Below are positions 1 to 9,139 of a stretch of DNA of 64,000 bases, piece by piece. This stretch comes from Nitrospirota bacterium (GTDB lineage Bacteria; Nitrospirota; Nitrospiria; Nitrospirales; NS-4). The DNA is taken from the NCBI GenBank assembly GCA_963788195.1, contig CAWBGA010000013.1, positions 320,001 to 384,000 of the forward strand, given 5' to 3'. Position numbers and translations under genes: made by a program. Below the pieces are notes generated by a model that saw only the letters and a list, made by a program, of their open reading frames with translations, had not been told where the DNA came from and did not search any database. How positions within the stretch are numbered: position 1 is the stretch's first letter; each line of letters opens with the position of its first letter.

Positions 1-212
1 TGAGGCAACTGACCTCTCGGCAACGAGAAGTGCTGCAACTGCTGGCCGAGGGATACTTGATGAAACAGGTGGCAACTATTATGCGTATCACGCCACGGAC
101 CGTCGCCTTTCATAAGTATCGGATAATGGAGCGGTTTCAGTTGAAGACAAACGCGGATGTGATTCAGTTCGCGATGAAACAGGGTCTGACGCCTACACCT
201 GTGCCTCGCTGA
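1..212 (+). CDS. NarL/FixJ-family response regulator, C-terminal LuxR HTH (5' truncated by window edge)
   Basis: LTSRQREVLQLLAEG...KQVA...TVAFHKYRIM is a LuxR HTH; the frame is open to the window start. Confidence 0.85.
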   Translation, partial: RQLTSRQREVLQLLAEGYLMKQVATIMRITPRTVAFHKYRIMERFQLKTNADVIQFAMKQGLTPTPVPR

Positions 213-331
213 AATTCCCTCTCCTAGTACTTCTGACAGTATCCCTGGTTCTTCCCCTCTGCTAGTGTGCGCAAGGTTCACGGTTGGAACTCGCCTTCTT
301 GAGATCTAATGTAGAGGGGCCTCCCATACGA

Positions 332-721
332 ATGCGTCTCGTCATCGCAGACGACAACGCCGCTATATTAGAGACCGTCACTCGGTTGCTTGCGCCTGAC
401 TTCGATATCATTGCGACCGCGGATACTGGAAGCACTGCATTAGAAGCCATCACCAGATTGCGTCCGGATTGCGCGGTGCTCGATATCTCCATGAATGATT
501 TCAGCGGTATTGAGGTAGCCAAACGCCTGAAAGCCAGCGGTTCGAATTCCAAGATTGTTTTCCTGACCGTCCACGAAGACTCGGACTTCGTGGAGGAAGC
601 TGTCGCGGTTGGAGCCATCGGCTACGTTGTGAAGTCACGCCTTGCGTCTGACCTGCAACCTGCTCTCAAGTGCGCACTCGCTGGGGACTTGTTCATCTCT
701 CCTTCCATAGGAATGGCTTAG
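332..721 (+). CDS. single-domain response regulator (NarL-type receiver)
   Basis: IADD, VLDISM, FLTVH and GYVVK receiver motifs. Confidence 0.88.
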   Translation: MRLVIADDNAAILETVTRLLAPDFDIIATADTGSTALEAITRLRPDCAVLDISMNDFSGIEVAKRLKASGSNSKIVFLTVHEDSDFVEEAVAVGAIGYVVKSRLASDLQPALKCALAGDLFISPSIGMA

Positions 722-966
722 GAAGACCGCTGACATCCGAAGAACCTTCGCCGGATCCCAGGCGGCTCACCAAATAATTCAATGTGTTCAGGGAGCCATC
801 CTGCCTCGTCACTACCATCGTGCTAAATTTGTAATAATTAGCGTGGAGAACACACGTGTTCGATGACTGTGGGCACTTCTCCCACGGGACGTTCCAAAAG
901 TGCCGCGCGTCTCATCCGGTCGGCATTGGGTGAAAGCTAATTTTGAAACATGAGGAGGTTATTGCC

Positions 967-1365
967 ATGGTCACACTGGACAATGCCAGAAAGGTCATTG
1001 CTGCTGCCGAAAAAAAGGCGACGGAAATCGGTCAACCCTCGAACATCGCGGTCGCCGATGCCGGAGGAAACTTAGTCGCGCACGTGAGGATGGACGGAGC
1101 ATGGATCGGCAGTATAGATATTTCCATCAAAAAGGCGTTCACCTCGCGTGCCTTCGATATTGAAACGAAGGAATTAGGGAAACTCGCCCAGCCCGGCAAA
1201 GACTTTTACGGCATACATGCGTCCAACGACGGCAAAATCATGATCTTCGCGGGCGGCGTCCCGCTCAAAAGAGACGGGAAAGTCGTCGGAGCCATCGGCG
1301 TCAGTGGCGGTTCGGGCGAGCAGGATCAGGCCGTGGCCGAAGCCGGCGCGGCCGCCTTTAAATGA
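967..1365 (+). CDS. GlcG/HbpS (DUF336) heme-binding family protein
   Basis: IAVADAGGNLV..RMDGAWIGSIDISIKKAFTS..FAGGVPLKRDGKVVGAIGVSGG; GAGGAGG RBS. Confidence 0.9.
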   Translation: MVTLDNARKVIAAAEKKATEIGQPSNIAVADAGGNLVAHVRMDGAWIGSIDISIKKAFTSRAFDIETKELGKLAQPGKDFYGIHASNDGKIMIFAGGVPLKRDGKVVGAIGVSGGSGEQDQAVAEAGAAAFK

Positions 1366-1487
1366 AGTTGATACCGACACTCAGACGGCGATGCGCCGCA
1401 TCAGGATTATGCGCGAGAGGTGTGATTCGCCATCCGGTTGAACTGGCGGCGACCCAAGCCAAGGAGCTCCTGCGCAAGGTGGGGATC

Positions 1488-1796
1488 TTACCGCCCTTTT
1501 CGAAACTGCGGTGGGATGGATCCATGCGGACGGGGTGCGTGTGACCTGAATGACGGAGAAAAGTTTCTATAGCCGCCCCTATGTCCACCGCCCCAGTAAC
1601 CTCCTCGGTATCCACCCCACGGACGCGGAAAGGGGCGGTAGTAGCTTCGCGGGTACGGATAGACATAGCCGTACGGATACGGTGTCGCATATGCATACGA
1701 TTCAGCTACCCGGTAGTCCTCGCCATACAGCACGCCCACCGAGCCAGCGCATCCGGCCAGGAGGAGTCCAGCGAGTAAGACAGCTATGAGAAGCAT
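1488..1796 (-). CDS. small Tyr/Pro/Gly/Arg-rich lipoprotein
   Basis: LLAGC lipobox after a hydrophobic stretch; GGAGG RBS; low-complexity YPY/GGY tail. Confidence 0.6.
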   Translation of the reverse strand: MLLIAVLLAGLLLAGCAGSVGVLYGEDYRVAESYAYATPYPYGYVYPYPRSYYRPFPRPWGGYRGGYWGGGHRGGYRNFSPSFRSHAPRPHGSIPPQFRKGR

Positions 1797-1871
1797 GTGT
1801 GTGTCCTCCACACGTCGTCAGTAGGGTGGCGGCCATCCGTAACGAACAACCGCCACCGCGGGACACGAACC

Positions 1872-2366
1872 TTAACCCTGCTTTGGGCTGCCTTCCCTCT
1901 GGTGCTGCTTGTCATGGTGCCGATGCGTGAGGCGCATCTTAATCAGCTTTCCCTGTTGTTCAGGTGTCAGAGTCTGCCGAAACAACTCTCGCCGCTGTTG
2001 CTTGAGCGTGGTGAGGGCATCAGTGGCCGCGTAATAGCGCTCTAGCGTCTGCTTCAACGTCGCGCTGTCCGCCTTCCCCTGAGCCTGTGCCTTAATAGTC
2101 GCTACCGCATCGTACCGCTGCTTGCGTAGAGGCTCAGCCTTTTGATTCAATTCATCTAAGCCCTGAGTCAGCTTTGTCCTGGTCTCTTGATCGAGCTGTA
2201 GCTTTTCAAACAAACGTGCCCGCTTCTTCTCGCCCCGATCACGAAGTTCTGGAGCCTTTCCCTGCTGGCCTTGAACCGCCGGTGATTCTGGAGTCGTGGG
2301 GTCAGCGGCAAAGGCGAACGCTGGCATAAGCGAGACCGCCAAAAACACTGCTAATACTTTCCTCAT
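1872..2366 (-). CDS. Spy/CpxP-family periplasmic protein
   Basis: signal peptide (AFA), KLQLDQE and LTPEQQ motifs, AGGAG RBS. Confidence 0.75.
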   Translation of the reverse strand: MRKVLAVFLAVSLMPAFAFAADPTTPESPAVQGQQGKAPELRDRGEKKRARLFEKLQLDQETRTKLTQGLDELNQKAEPLRKQRYDAVATIKAQAQGKADSATLKQTLERYYAATDALTTLKQQRRELFRQTLTPEQQGKLIKMRLTHRHHDKQHQREGSPKQG

Positions 2367-2505
2367 ATGATGTCTCCTTTTCGAGCTGTCTATTTTCTTA
2401 GACAGTCAGAACGAAGAAAGGTAAAAAGAAAAGTGGGGTCAGAGTGAGGTATACCCGCTTTCGCGGACACCTAGTGAGGGGACATAATGCCCCAGGAGGT
2501 GTCCG

Positions 2506-2802
2506 ATGGGAAAGCGCCAGTCGTTCACGAGAGCGTTCAAGCTGGAAGCCGTGCGCTTGCTGGAGAAGTCCGGCAGACCGATCGCCGAGGTCGCGCGGGA
2601 GCTGGGTGTGCGGCGCAATCAGCTCTACAAGTGGCATGAGCAACTCCAAAGCAAAGGCCCCGACGAGGTGTTTCCGGGTCCAGGGCGGCGCCTCGGGCGC
2701 GCCGCGGAGCTGGCCTGTCTGCAACGCGAGAATGCCCGGTTGCTGGAGGAGAATACGATTTTAAAAAAAGCCGCGCGGTACTTCGCGAGGGAATCTGCGT
2801 GA
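2506..2802 (+). CDS. IS3 transposase OrfA (HTH + leucine zipper)
   Basis: FKLEAVRL..IAEVARELGV..LYKW..ENARLLEENTILKKA; A7G -1 slippery site at 2763-2770. Confidence 0.93.
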   Translation: MGKRQSFTRAFKLEAVRLLEKSGRPIAEVARELGVRRNQLYKWHEQLQSKGPDEVFPGPGRRLGRAAELACLQRENARLLEENTILKKAARYFARESA

Positions 2803-3662
2803 GGTACCAGTTCATCGCCGACCACACGCGCGAGCACCGGATCGGCGCGCTTTGCCGGGTGCTGCAGGTGTCGAGGAGTGGCTTCTACGGCTGGACGCGC
2901 CGACCCGAGAGTGGTCGCGCGCAGGCGAATCGGCAGTTGCTCGGGCGCATCCGCGCCCTGCATGCGCACGCCCGCGAGGCCTATGGCATTATCAAGACCT
3001 GGCGTGCGCTCAATGCCGAAGGGCTGCGCTGTGGGCACAACCGGGTCGCTCGCCTGCGCCGCGTGCACGGCATCGAGACCCGGCGGATGCGGCGCTTTCG
3101 CATGGCGTACGCCGCGCGCCAGAGCGCCCCGCCCGCTGCGAATCTGTTGGAGCGGGACTTCCACGTGGCCGCGCCGGATCGCGTCTGGGTCGCGGACATC
3201 AGCTTCATCCCCACGCGCGAGGGGTGGCTGTATCTGGCGGTGCTGCTGGATCTGTATTCCCGCCGGGTCGTGGGCTGGGCCATGCACGAGAAACAGAATC
3301 GCCAACTCGCCACCGAGGCGCTGGTGATGGCCCTTGAACGCCGCCAGCCCAGCGCGGGGCTCATCCATCACAGCGATCAGGGTATGTTGTACGCCACGGC
3401 AAGCTACCGCCAGATCCTGACCGCGCACGGCATGATCCCGAGTATGAGCCGCAAGGGCGACTGCTATGACAATGCGGTGGCTGAGAGTTTCTTCAGTGGC
3501 CTGAAGAATGAGTTGATTTGGCATCGTGACTTCAGAACGCGCGCTGAAGCACGAAGCGCCATCTTCGAATGGATCGAAGTCTTCTACAATCGACAGCGGC
3601 TGCATCAGACGCTCGAATACGTTAGTCCAGCCCGCTATGAGGCGCAGGCCGATGTTGCTTAA
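2799..3662 (+). CDS. IS3 transposase OrfB (DDE)
   Basis: WVADISFI, HHSDQG, CYDNAVAESFF, FYNRQRLH. Confidence 0.95.
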   Translation: MRYQFIADHTREHRIGALCRVLQVSRSGFYGWTRRPESGRAQANRQLLGRIRALHAHAREAYGIIKTWRALNAEGLRCGHNRVARLRRVHGIETRRMRRFRMAYAARQSAPPAANLLERDFHVAAPDRVWVADISFIPTREGWLYLAVLLDLYSRRVVGWAMHEKQNRQLATEALVMALERRQPSAGLIHHSDQGMLYATASYRQILTAHGMIPSMSRKGDCYDNAVAESFFSGLKNELIWHRDFRTRAEARSAIFEWIEVFYNRQRLHQTLEYVSPARYEAQADVA

Positions 3663-3817
3663 CCATGTGTCCGTGGAAACGGGGATAGCTCAGAGTCGCT
3701 TTGGGTCTCTGACCCATTGGGGCCTGTAACTTTGCTGAGAAGAAGCTCGATGCTTTATTCCTAATGCTTTAGTATCAGGTTCGGCCTGTTGGCTAACCGA
3801 TCGGGATGACGGCATAG

Positions 3818-5452
3818 ATGAACACACAGCCTTTGATCTCCACGCTGGTAGGAGCATTCGTCGTGGCCTTCATCTTTGGGACAATTGCGAACCGTTTGCG
3901 CATATCGCCGATTGTCGGCTTCTTGCTTGCGGGGATCGTGATCGGGCCTTTCACGCCCGGCTTTGTGGGCAATGTGGCGTTGGCACCCGAACTGGCCGAG
4001 ATCGGCGTGGTTCTTCTGATGTTTGGAGTTGGCCTGCACTTCTCGATCCGCGACCTTTTGTCCGTCCGCATGATAGCCATCCCAGGAGCCATCGTTCAGA
4101 TCGTCATCGCGACAGGGCTCGGGGCTGGGCTAGCTTATGCGCTCGGATGGTCTCTTAGTACCGGCATGGTGTTCGGCCTGGCGCTGTCCACGGCCAGTAC
4201 GGTCGTGCTGCTGCGAGCGCTCGAAGAGCGGCGCTTGATCGACACTCAAGAGGGCCGAATTGCCGTAGGCTGGTTAATCGTAGAAGACATTGCCATGGTC
4301 GTGGCGCTCGTCGTGGTGCCGGCATTGTCGAACAGCCTTAGCGGATCGGTCGAGGGATCGAACCCTGCACTCAAGACACTCCTTGCGGTTGTCATCACGC
4401 TCGGCAAGGTTGCGGTGTTCATCGCGCTCATGCTGGTCGTCGGGAGGCGCTTCATCCCCTGGACGCTCGACCGGATCTCCAAGACGGGTTCGCGCGAACT
4501 ATTTACGCTCGCGGTGCTGGTCATCGCACTCGGCGTGGCCTACGGATCGGCGGAGCTTTTCGACGTCTCGTTTGCCCTGGGAGCCTTCTTTGCGGGGTTA
4601 GTGCTCCATGAGTCCGAGCTCAGCCAAAAGGCGGCGACGGACACGCTCCCGCTGCGAGATGCCTTTGCGGTGCTGTTTTTTGTTGCCGTCGGAATGCTGT
4701 TCAACCCGAGTATTCTGATCCGCCACCCGTGGGCTGTCGTGGCGACGCTGCTGATCATCGTTGTCGGCAAGTCGTTCGCCGCGTGGCTCATCGTCCTGGC
4801 GTTCGGGTACCCACGCAAGACGGCGCTCACCATTTCGGTCAGTCTGGCGCAGATCGGGGAGTTTGCGTTCATGTTGGCAGAGCTGGGTGTTACCCTCGGC
4901 TTATTGACAGCCGAAGGGCGCGACTTGATCCTGGCGGGTGCGATCCTGTCGCTTTTAATCAACCCCTTTTTGTTCGTTGCGCTGGACTGGCTCGAACCAC
5001 GAACGGATCAGGGGGAACGTTTCGCGCCGCCTCCAGTATCGGCAAAAGACCATATTATTCTGGTCGGCTATGGTCGCGTCGGCGCGATCGTGGGCAGTGC
5101 ACTGCGGGAGGTGAATCACGCATTCGTCGTCATCGAAGACAACGCGGATATAGTCGTCAGACTGCGTGCGGAAGGTGTGATTGCGATTCTCGGCAATGCG
5201 GAGGCAACCGGAGTGCTGGAGTCAGCCATGGTTATCGACGCTCGCCTCCTTATTAGTGCGATTCCAAACGTTTTCGAGGCAAGCCAAATTATTGAGCGGG
5301 CTCGATTGGCGAATCCGTCGATCGACATTGTGGCCCGCGCACATTCCGATGCGGAGGTGGAGTTTCTGAAGCGTCACGGCGCCGGCGTTGTGATCATGGG
5401 GGAACGAGAGCTTGCGCGCAGGATGATCGAATACGCGTTCGAGCGAACATAA
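3818..5452 (+). CDS. ybaL: YbaL/RosB-type CPA2 monovalent cation:proton antiporter with C-terminal TrkA-N (RCK) domain
   Basis: multi-TM; ELAEIGVVLLMFGVGLHFS, WLIVEDIAMV, SLAQIGEF; RCK motif ILVGYGRVG. Confidence 0.9.
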   Translation: MNTQPLISTLVGAFVVAFIFGTIANRLRISPIVGFLLAGIVIGPFTPGFVGNVALAPELAEIGVVLLMFGVGLHFSIRDLLSVRMIAIPGAIVQIVIATGLGAGLAYALGWSLSTGMVFGLALSTASTVVLLRALEERRLIDTQEGRIAVGWLIVEDIAMVVALVVVPALSNSLSGSVEGSNPALKTLLAVVITLGKVAVFIALMLVVGRRFIPWTLDRISKTGSRELFTLAVLVIALGVAYGSAELFDVSFALGAFFAGLVLHESELSQKAATDTLPLRDAFAVLFFVAVGMLFNPSILIRHPWAVVATLLIIVVGKSFAAWLIVLAFGYPRKTALTISVSLAQIGEFAFMLAELGVTLGLLTAEGRDLILAGAILSLLINPFLFVALDWLEPRTDQGERFAPPPVSAKDHIILVGYGRVGAIVGSALREVNHAFVVIEDNADIVVRLRAEGVIAILGNAEATGVLESAMVIDARLLISAIPNVFEASQIIERARLANPSIDIVARAHSDAEVEFLKRHGAGVVIMGERELARRMIEYAFERT

Positions 5453-5579
5453 ACGAAGAAGCTCGATGTCTTTATTCCTAATGCTTTAGTATCAGCCTAC
5501 GCAGATGTCATGATGATCGAGTCGGCCTGCCGTGCAGGCAGGTTCGGCCTGTTGCCTAACCGATCGAGATGACGCACAG

Positions 5580-6834
5580 ATGAACGCACAGCCTCTGATC
5601 TCCACGCTGGTAGGCGCATTCGTGGTCGCCTTTATCTTTGGGATGATTGCGAACCGTTTGCGCATATCGCCGATTGTGGGCTTCTTACTTGCGGGAATCG
5701 TGATCGGGCCTTTCACGCCCGGCTTTGTGGGCGATGTGGCGTTGGCGCCCGAATTGGCCGAGATCGGCGTGGTTCTTCTGATGTTTGGGATTGGCCTGCA
5801 CTTCTCGATCCGCGACCTTTTGTCCGTCCGCATGATTGCCATCCCGGGAGCCCTCGTTCAGATCGTCGTTGCGATTGGTCTCGGGTCTTGGCTGGCCTAT
5901 GCGCTCGGGTGGGCGATTAGCACCGGCATGGTATTTGGCCTGGCGCTGTCCACGGCTAGTACGGTCGTGCTGCTGCGAGCGCTCGAGGAGCGGCGCGTGA
6001 TCAACACTCAAGAGGGCCGAATTGCCGTCGGCTGGTTGATCGTCCAAGACATTGCCATGGTCGTGGCGCTCGTCGTGGTGCCGACATTGTCGAGCGGGCT
6101 AGGTGTATCGGTCGAGGGATCAAACTCTGCACTCAAGACTCTCCTTGCGGTTGTCATCACGCTCGGCAAGGTTACGGTGTTCATCGCACTCATGCTGGTC
6201 GTCGGGAGACGCTTCATTCCCTGGGCGCTCCACCGGGTCTCCAAGACAGGTTCACGCGAACTTTTTACGCTCGCGGTTCTGGTCATGGTGCTTGGCGTGG
6301 CATACGGATCGGCGGCGCTATTCGACGTCTCGTTTGCCCTGGGCGCTTTCTTTGCAGGATTGGTACTCCATGAGTCCGAACTCAGTCAAAAGGCGGCGAC
6401 CGAGACACTCCCGCTGCGAGACGCCTTTGCGGTGCTGTTCTTTGTGGCCGTCGGAATGCTGTTCGATCCGAGTATTCTGATACGCCAACCGTGGGCTGTC
6501 GTGGCGACACTGTTGATCATCGTCGTCGGCAAGTCATTCGCCGCGTGGCTCATCGTCTTGGCGTTCGGGTACTCACGCAGGATGGCGCTCACCATTTCAG
6601 TCAGTCTGGCGCAGATCGGCGAGTTTTCGTTCATGTTGGCCGAACTGAGTGTGACTCTCGGCTTATTGATCACCCGAAGGGCGCGACTTGATCCTGGCGG
6701 GTGCGATCCTGTCGCTTTTAATCAATCCCTTTTTGTTCGTTGTGCTTGGGTGGCTGGAACCACGAACAGATCAGGACGAACGTTTCGCGCAGCCTCCAGT
6801 ATCGGCAAAAGCCTCCACTGTAGATATGACATGA
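5580..6834 (+). CDS. second YbaL-like CPA2 copy, membrane domain only (one indel near 6670)
   Basis: close paralog of 3818..5452; removing one base near 6670 restores EGRDLILAGAIL... and a stop at 6832-6834, before the RCK domain. Confidence 0.75.
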
Positions 6835-6955
6835 CAGTCTGTCCCAGGCACCCGCCGGATCGCCGACTTTGCGGCACTGTTTTGGAGAATTCTTCGAGAC
6901 CCCGCACGAGTTGTTGACGACTGCTTATGTCTCGACATGAGAGGGTGAAGCCGGT

Positions 6956-7859
6956 ATGAACGATCGATCCGCCCGGACCCTTATCGCGGGATGATCTCGA
7001 GGCGATCTTTCTGCCTGATCATGGAATGCTCGGCGCCTCCCTTCGCCACAGAGGCGAGGAGATCCTCAGGCGCGTGGAAGACCTCGATGCGGCTGCAACA
7101 AAGGGAAGCACGGCCGGAATCCCGTTCCTTCACCCGTGGGCGAACCGACTCGCGGGGCCTCGCTATCGGGCGGCAGGACGGGAGGTGACGCTCGATCCAT
7201 CGTCGCCGCTACTCCATCTGGATGAGCATGGGCTTCCGAATCACGGCGTGCCCTGGTCCCGGCTATCCTGGGAGTTGAGCGAAGCGAGGCCGGATTTTAT
7301 CGCGGCCCGCCTCGAGTGGTCCCGCAGCGATCTCCTCGCAGTTTTTCCGTTTCGACATCGGGTTGAACTGGCCGCGACCCTTCGCCCGGATGGTCTGACG
7401 CTGGAAACGACGTTGATCGCCGGGCCTGATGGACCTGTGCCGGTGAGTTTCGGTTTTCATCCTTACTTCGGGCTGCCGGAACTTCCACGCTCGCAATGGC
7501 GCCTGGAGTTGCCCGCCATGCGGAGGCTCGCGCTCGATCGGCAGGGGATCCCGACCGGAGAGGAAAAGCCTTTTGATGGATTCGACGCCGAGCTTCATGA
7601 ACTGAGCTTCGACGATGGCTTTGCGCTGACGGACGAACGGACGTCGTTCTCTCTCACGGGGGCGGGTCGCCGAATCAGTGTAGAGCTACTTGAGGGCTAC
7701 CGGTATGCGCAGGTTTTTGCACCGAAGGACAAGGAGTACGTTGCGCTCGAGCCGATGACCGCACCGGCAAACGCCCTGATGAGCGGGAGCGGCCTGCGAC
7801 TCGTGGAGCCGGGCGGGCAGTTCCGCGCGGCGTTCCGGATCCGCGTGGATGCGCTCTGA
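6956..7859 (+). CDS. aldose 1-epimerase (galactose mutarotase-like) family protein, indel near 6990
   Basis: FLHPWANRL, NHG, FGFHPYF, FDDGF, YVALEPMT. Confidence 0.85.
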
Positions 7860-7880
7860 GTGTAGTCGTCGGTGAATCCC

Positions 7881-8725
7881 TTAGCGACCCGTTTCTGTCG
7901 GATCGCCGGCAACCGCGTAACGCAGTATGTCGGGACGCTTCGCCAACGAGCGCAACAGGTCATCAATGCTGGCGACATAGGGGCTGACCGAGCCGTAGTA
8001 TTGGATGGGCTTGCCCATCGGCTCAAATTCCAACCCGAATCGCTTCAACAGTCGCCACAGCCTTTCATGTACGGCGACGATCAGATTCTCATGACCCTGG
8101 TGAATACATGTCACGATCATTGCGCGAAACAACCCCAGCAGGAGCCGAGGGTATTGGAGCTGGCCGGCGAGACTGGACGTTGCCCGCACGTGCAACTGTC
8201 CAAAACCGCGGGCACTACGATAGTCCTTGGCGATCACCAAATGTGACACTTCTACCGTGCGCGCACGCGAGAGGCTGGCGAAAAACGGCGACAGAGATGA
8301 CGTGTGCTGTTCGATAGGGAAACCAAGCGGAGAGTCTACGACGAGGCGAAACCTCCGATCACAGCGCCCGCGGTATTGGTCGCGGCGATGTGGATGGAGG
8401 ACTCGTCCCACTTGTCGCGCATATGCCCGTCGTCGCCTCTTTCGACGTCGAGGAGCAGTTGCTCGCGGCAGTAGACGTCATATCGTAACCGATAAATCTC
8501 CTCGAGTTTGGGGTTATTATGGTCAATTTCAAGAAACGAAAATCTGTCCGGGGTCGCAAGGACCAGGCCATGGCACGTCGTGTATGTTTTACCGCTCCCA
8601 CATAAACAGACGTCATTTGGCTTGACCGTTGCTCCAGATAAGGCTCGACGCCTGTCCTGGAATGCGGAAGATCCGGTCGGTGCAGATTCTTCTTTCTTCT
8701 TCTTGTTGCTTGTGGGCTTGGGCAC
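7881..8725 (-). CDS. SEC-C motif fused to an N-acyl amino acid synthase/exosortase-associated (LuxI-fold) acyltransferase, indel near 8348
   Basis: CLCGSGKTYTTCHG; LEEIYRLRYDVYCRE..RDKWDESSIH..GGFRLVV..VEVSHLVI..LWRLLKRFG..GKPIQYYG, split over two frames. Confidence 0.78.
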
Positions 8726-8803
8726 GACGAACCCTCCAAAATCAGTCGACAGTTCACAATTAGCCCGACTAGCGCTCAGTCACTTGCAAAGTGCGCTTGA
8801 AAA

Positions 8804-9004
8804 CTAAACACGGCCATTTCTCAAGTCCTGATAGTACTCCGTAAGGGAACCGAAAGCCACAAAAGGGATACTAATTTCACCTGTCTGCCGCAGAGGGAAT
8901 TTAGAGGGAGCGAAGGTTAGGGTAAATCCGTTCCCACTTTTCTTTGTCAGCGTAATGCGTCCGAGGTCATCTCTTTGCCACATCGCCAGCGCGTTACAGG
9001 CCAC
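8804..9004 (-). CDS. small hypothetical protein
   Basis: 66-aa ORF with no recognisable motif. Confidence 0.25.
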   Translation of the reverse strand: MACNALAMWQRDDLGRITLTKKSGNGFTLTFAPSKFPLRQTGEISIPFVAFGSLTEYYQDLRNGRV

Positions 9005-9139
9005 AGACTCGTCTCTGTCCTATTCAGACAGGAGTAGACGCCACTCCGGGAGCACGCCGGCTGTCAGCAGGTCTCGGCCTCGTCCGGGTTGCCGGCGAGT
9101 TGAGTGACCGGCAAGCAAGTACTGCGCATTCTGTGACAG

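Larger units (their letters stand above)
2445..3692 (+). mobile_element. IS3-family insertion sequence, complete (1,248 bp)
   Basis: TG...CA ends; 26-bp IRs (TGAGGTATACCCGCTTTCGCGGACAC vs revcomp TGAGCTATCCCCGTTTCCACGGACAC, 21/26 match); 3-bp target duplication GAG at 2442-2444 and 3693-3695; orfA and orfB present. Confidence 0.95.

Noticed and set aside
2625..3605. 326-aa antisense ORF in the IS
   Set aside because: It is an antisense shadow of the transposase.
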